Positions 60,505 through 64,000 of a stretch of 64,000 nucleotides of DNA are shown piece by piece (the first letter of the stretch is position 1; every line of letters starts with the position of its first letter). The notes under the pieces were generated by a model. The model did not search any database. It saw only the letters and a list, made by a program, of their open reading frames with translations, and had not been told where the DNA came from. The position numbers and the translations under genes are program-made. The stretch is from Podarcis melisellensis (Eukaryota). The stretch lies in assembly GCA_964234715.1 (NCBI GenBank), contig OZ174278.1; one strand, given 5' to 3'.

Positions 60505-61612
60505 TAAGTGAGAGTAAGGCACCGTAAACTCAAAGGGACTTAGCTTCTGGCTAGATGCATATAGGATTGTGCAATAAATTACCGTATGTGACAAATAGAG
60601 ATGATGGGCAAACCAAAGTAAGCTAAAACTGCAGTTGTTCACCAGGTAGACTTGTCCCAGGTCACCACAATTTAATTAAGTGACATTACTGAAGACATCT
60701 AATTGAATAAGAAAAAGTTCTCTTTCCTTCTAAAGCCTTAAAAGAATATCAGGTTTGGCAGCTGATTTGTGTTGACAGCTACGCCACATGGGTGCATTGT
60801 ACATTATCTGAGTTCCTATGCATAGGAATCTGACTTTCCTAAAGCATAATAAATCAATAGTAAGTAAGCCATGGGGTCCTTTCCCAGCCTTAAATAATCT
60901 CTCACTGATGCATCATTTTAATGGAAAATTGTATTAGAATGATTAAATGGTCTTTTCTTTTAAAGACTACCTGGTAATTAAAGATTAGTTTAAATACATG
61001 AATCATGGTTCATTATAATAACCAAACAGTAGGGATTTTGATCTAACATTTCCATTTATCTTACAAAGAAGGAGAAATTTTCCAGGTTTCATGAATATTT
61101 GACTCAGGAGATTATAGGAACAGTTTAAAGCAAACAGTTGGTAGCTGAATGGACACAGATATCTTACCTCAAATGTGTTCAGTACAAAGTGTAACCAGGA
61201 CAGAGCAAACTTTAGACCATTTGAACAGTGGGGATAAGCAGCTGAAAATCCAAAAGCTTCTCAGAAACTCTTGGGCACTGTAAATTTGCTAAGAAACATC
61301 ATGGAATGGGATCTCTGAAACAATATGAAGTAAAAACTGAATTCTAACAAAGCAATTGCCAGCTACATTTGAAGCAAAACTCAGGTGGGTAAACTCAAGT
61401 ACTGAATATTTTCTGTTAACAGGTTACCAGTTTAATTACCACTTTAGGCTTGGGCTGTGTGTTTATGATAATGGTTATGGTGCCTTATTAAAATAAAGCA
61501 ACAATAATAAAAAGGCAGAGATCCCACTGAACATGCAGGTGTTGGGTTGGAGGAAAAGGTGCACGATGATCTCCGGGGTTGGATCCTGTCCCCTCCTCAC
61601 TTTTGTGTGAGG

Positions 61613-61941
61613 TAGGGATAAAGGATAAATTGGTTTAATTCAAAGTTTAATGCAAACCTAACTAATGTACACTTTTAAAGCTAGTAAGTGAATGAAAATT
61701 TTCATTTCTCCAAATTTTGCATAGTAGTGGAAATGCATATTATACATGCATTGTATTGTGGGAAACTACATTCAAATTGCATACACATATGTGTATATTT
61801 TGGGGGGGAATTATCAAAAAAATGTGAATTAATTCTCATGAAGACCTTAAAAAAAGTCACAGAAGCGGAAATGGTGAAAATGGAAATTAATGAGAAAATG
61901 GAAAAATGAGAAACTGAAAGTGGCAGATTCTTCAGTCCCTA
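61613..61941. mobile_element. Old non-autonomous DNA element
   Basis: TAGGGA...TCCCTA termini around an AT-rich interior. Confidence 0.4.
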
Positions 61942-63413
61942 GTGTGAAGTGAATGAGTGGAAGGGGCAATGTCCCCTTCTATTACTTTCAATAGGATTTA
62001 GTTTTCTTGACTAACTTTAAGTGGACCGATGGTATACCAAGAGCATAGGGAATGTGCATTGAAATTTCATGTGCTAGGGAAGTAGTTGTTCACATATTCC
62101 TCATGCTCAAGAGTAGGGTTTGGTGCTTTGTTTAGTTAGCCATTTTCCCTTCCCAATGACTAACAGAAATGTGATAATATTATGGAAAAGGAGAGTAAAC
62201 ATGCAGCCATACCTTAATTTATATAATGTATCCAGGGCACCCAATCCATCTGCTCTTGATGCAAACACTGCAACTTTGCCCATCATTTAGATTTTTATTT
62301 ATCCATTTATTTGTTAGAATGGAATACACACAGCTCTGGCTACATTGGAGGAGATTTATTGAATGGTGCTAAATAGGAAACATAAGTCACACAGTTTATA
62401 TAATATCTACTTAAGTTTGAAAGAAATAGTTTCATAGCCATAAATTTTACTGCCGTAGAAAGAAGCTGAATCGCTCTGGTAACAAACAAATGGGAATGAC
62501 TTGATTCTTAATAAAGTGTTTTAAATAGCTGCAAACTCTGGTTGCACTTATTTAGCCATTGTAAAGTGGTAAACAATAAGTAATTTGAATTTATCTTTGC
62601 ACGGTTGAATTTGCAACAGTACCAACCAACCAAGTGTCGCAATAGACTAGTGATATAACAGAAGTAATTATAATACGGGATAAATCATCATGCTAAGTTG
62701 AAAGTATAAAAGAGGCATTCTGCTCTTTTTAGAAATGCAAGTTATCATTATATATAGCTTCTGTATGTAGCTCCCTAGCTCAGGCAGCCCCTGACCCCAT
62801 GCCAGCAATTGGTGGCTTGCAACCTAATTGGGCTCACTTAATAAATGACTCCATTTGTTGTTCATGCAGCAGCCAGAATTTGGCTGAGAATGGGAGATGT
62901 TTTCAGGAGCTTCCATGATCTCACAGATGGCCATGGCAGTATGAGGAACCACCTAGTAGAGGTTCTGGATCTCACAAAGAGCACTTCCTCTTGAGCCCTC
63001 TTGAGTGATGGCCAGGGCACTACCGGTAGTCTGATGAGAAGTGACCAGAATTCCATAGGAACAACTTGTGTGTTCTGGGGAAACTGCAATTCCTATAAAG
63101 CTCTCTATAAAGCTGCCATTGTATCAATCTAGCAGGTGTCAGAGGGAAGCTCGGAGGTATCCCATTGTGCTTTCAGTGTCATCAAGAGAACAATAGTGTC
63201 CAACTGGGGCTTCTAATAAGGAGAGCAATTTCTGATTCACTGGGGAAATAGTTTGTTTAGCTTGGCCCAAATTCAAAGTCACCCCTCACCAACAAATCCA
63301 TCCAAAATAGAGATCCTCTGATATCTCCATCAGAACACAAACAAGGTTTATATTGTATATATGACCATGTTCTGGGATCATATGATGATTGATGTGCTCT
63401 AAATTATCTTATA

Positions 63414-63511
63414 CAGTGGTGCCTCGCAAGACGAAATTAATTTGTTCTGCGAGTTTTTTCGTCTAGCGAGTTTTTCGTCTTACGAGGCATTCGTCTTGCG
63501 GGGCACCACTG
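63414..63511. mobile_element. 98-bp Tigger/pogo-like MITE
   Basis: 22-bp TIRs CAGTGGTGCCYCGCAAGACGAA with TA TSD. Confidence 0.9.
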
Positions 63512-63731
63512 TAAGTCTCATTCCATGCCCAATAAATGTGGGGAACCTCTGTGGCAGCAGTTGGGCCCATAGATTGCAGCAAAATACTTGTGCATGCAAT
63601 GGGCTCATGGGATAAAGCTGTCCCATGAGCCCTTGCAAAGAGGATGGGAAAGCTTTCATAAGGCTGCTTCTTCTTGAGTTCAGGGCCATTTCACCTCAAG
63701 AGCTTCCAACCCACTCACCCTCCAGTTAGAG

Positions 63732-63953
63732 CAATGGTTCCAAACTTTTTCTTTGGCCATTTCTAAGCCAAATAACCATTTCTAAAATCCTGGACCCCCC
63801 CCCCCGCTGTGACATATTCTTATTATTCAAAAAGTGAGCCCCTATTCATATGGAGAAAGCTAAAAGGCCATTAACTTGGTCTAACTCATTCTCAAATTGC
63901 CCTCCCCCCCATAAATCAAATTGCACCCCTGTGGGGCATGTTGGGAACCACAT
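63732..63953. mobile_element. hAT-Charlie-like MITE remnant
   Basis: caatggttccaaac...gttgggaaccac termini. Confidence 0.55.
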
Positions 63954-64000
63954 GGTGGGAACCAGAGAGTTTAGAGCCTTTACTGAGCAATTTTAATTCA

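Overview
Vertebrate (squamate) genomic DNA, most likely a lacertid lizard. That assignment is inferred from the repeats: Sauria/Squam1 SINEs with ACCTTT tails, a Squam3-type SINE and Bov-B LINE fragments. The only host protein-coding gene I can support is SLITRK5 on the minus strand, with the whole CDS in one exon (13534-16419, 961 aa). The ORF-track start at 16464 lies in the intron's polypyrimidine tract. A CpG island at about 18.9-21.1 kb holds two candidate non-coding first exons, and the 3' UTR probably runs to about 11.5 kb. The rest is gene-desert sequence dense in transposable elements: hAT and Tc1/mariner MITEs, L2, RTE/Bov-B, L1 and CR1 fragments, SINEs, at least five solo LTRs and a Penelope fragment. 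There is no CRISPR array, rRNA or intact tRNA. Most notable observations: (1) a bipartite Bov-B-derived non-autonomous retroelement, two full copies with 11-bp TSDs; (2) a compound MITE that carries an L2 3' tail and was hit at the same site by two different Bov-B-family insertions; (3) two alternative SLITRK5 first exons that would both feed the same overlapping uORF; (4) a double fold-back rearrangement centred on an 18-bp palindrome; (5) a Penelope-type minimal hammerhead ribozyme motif. All family names come from recognition, not database searches, and I cannot confirm that any of these is undescribed.
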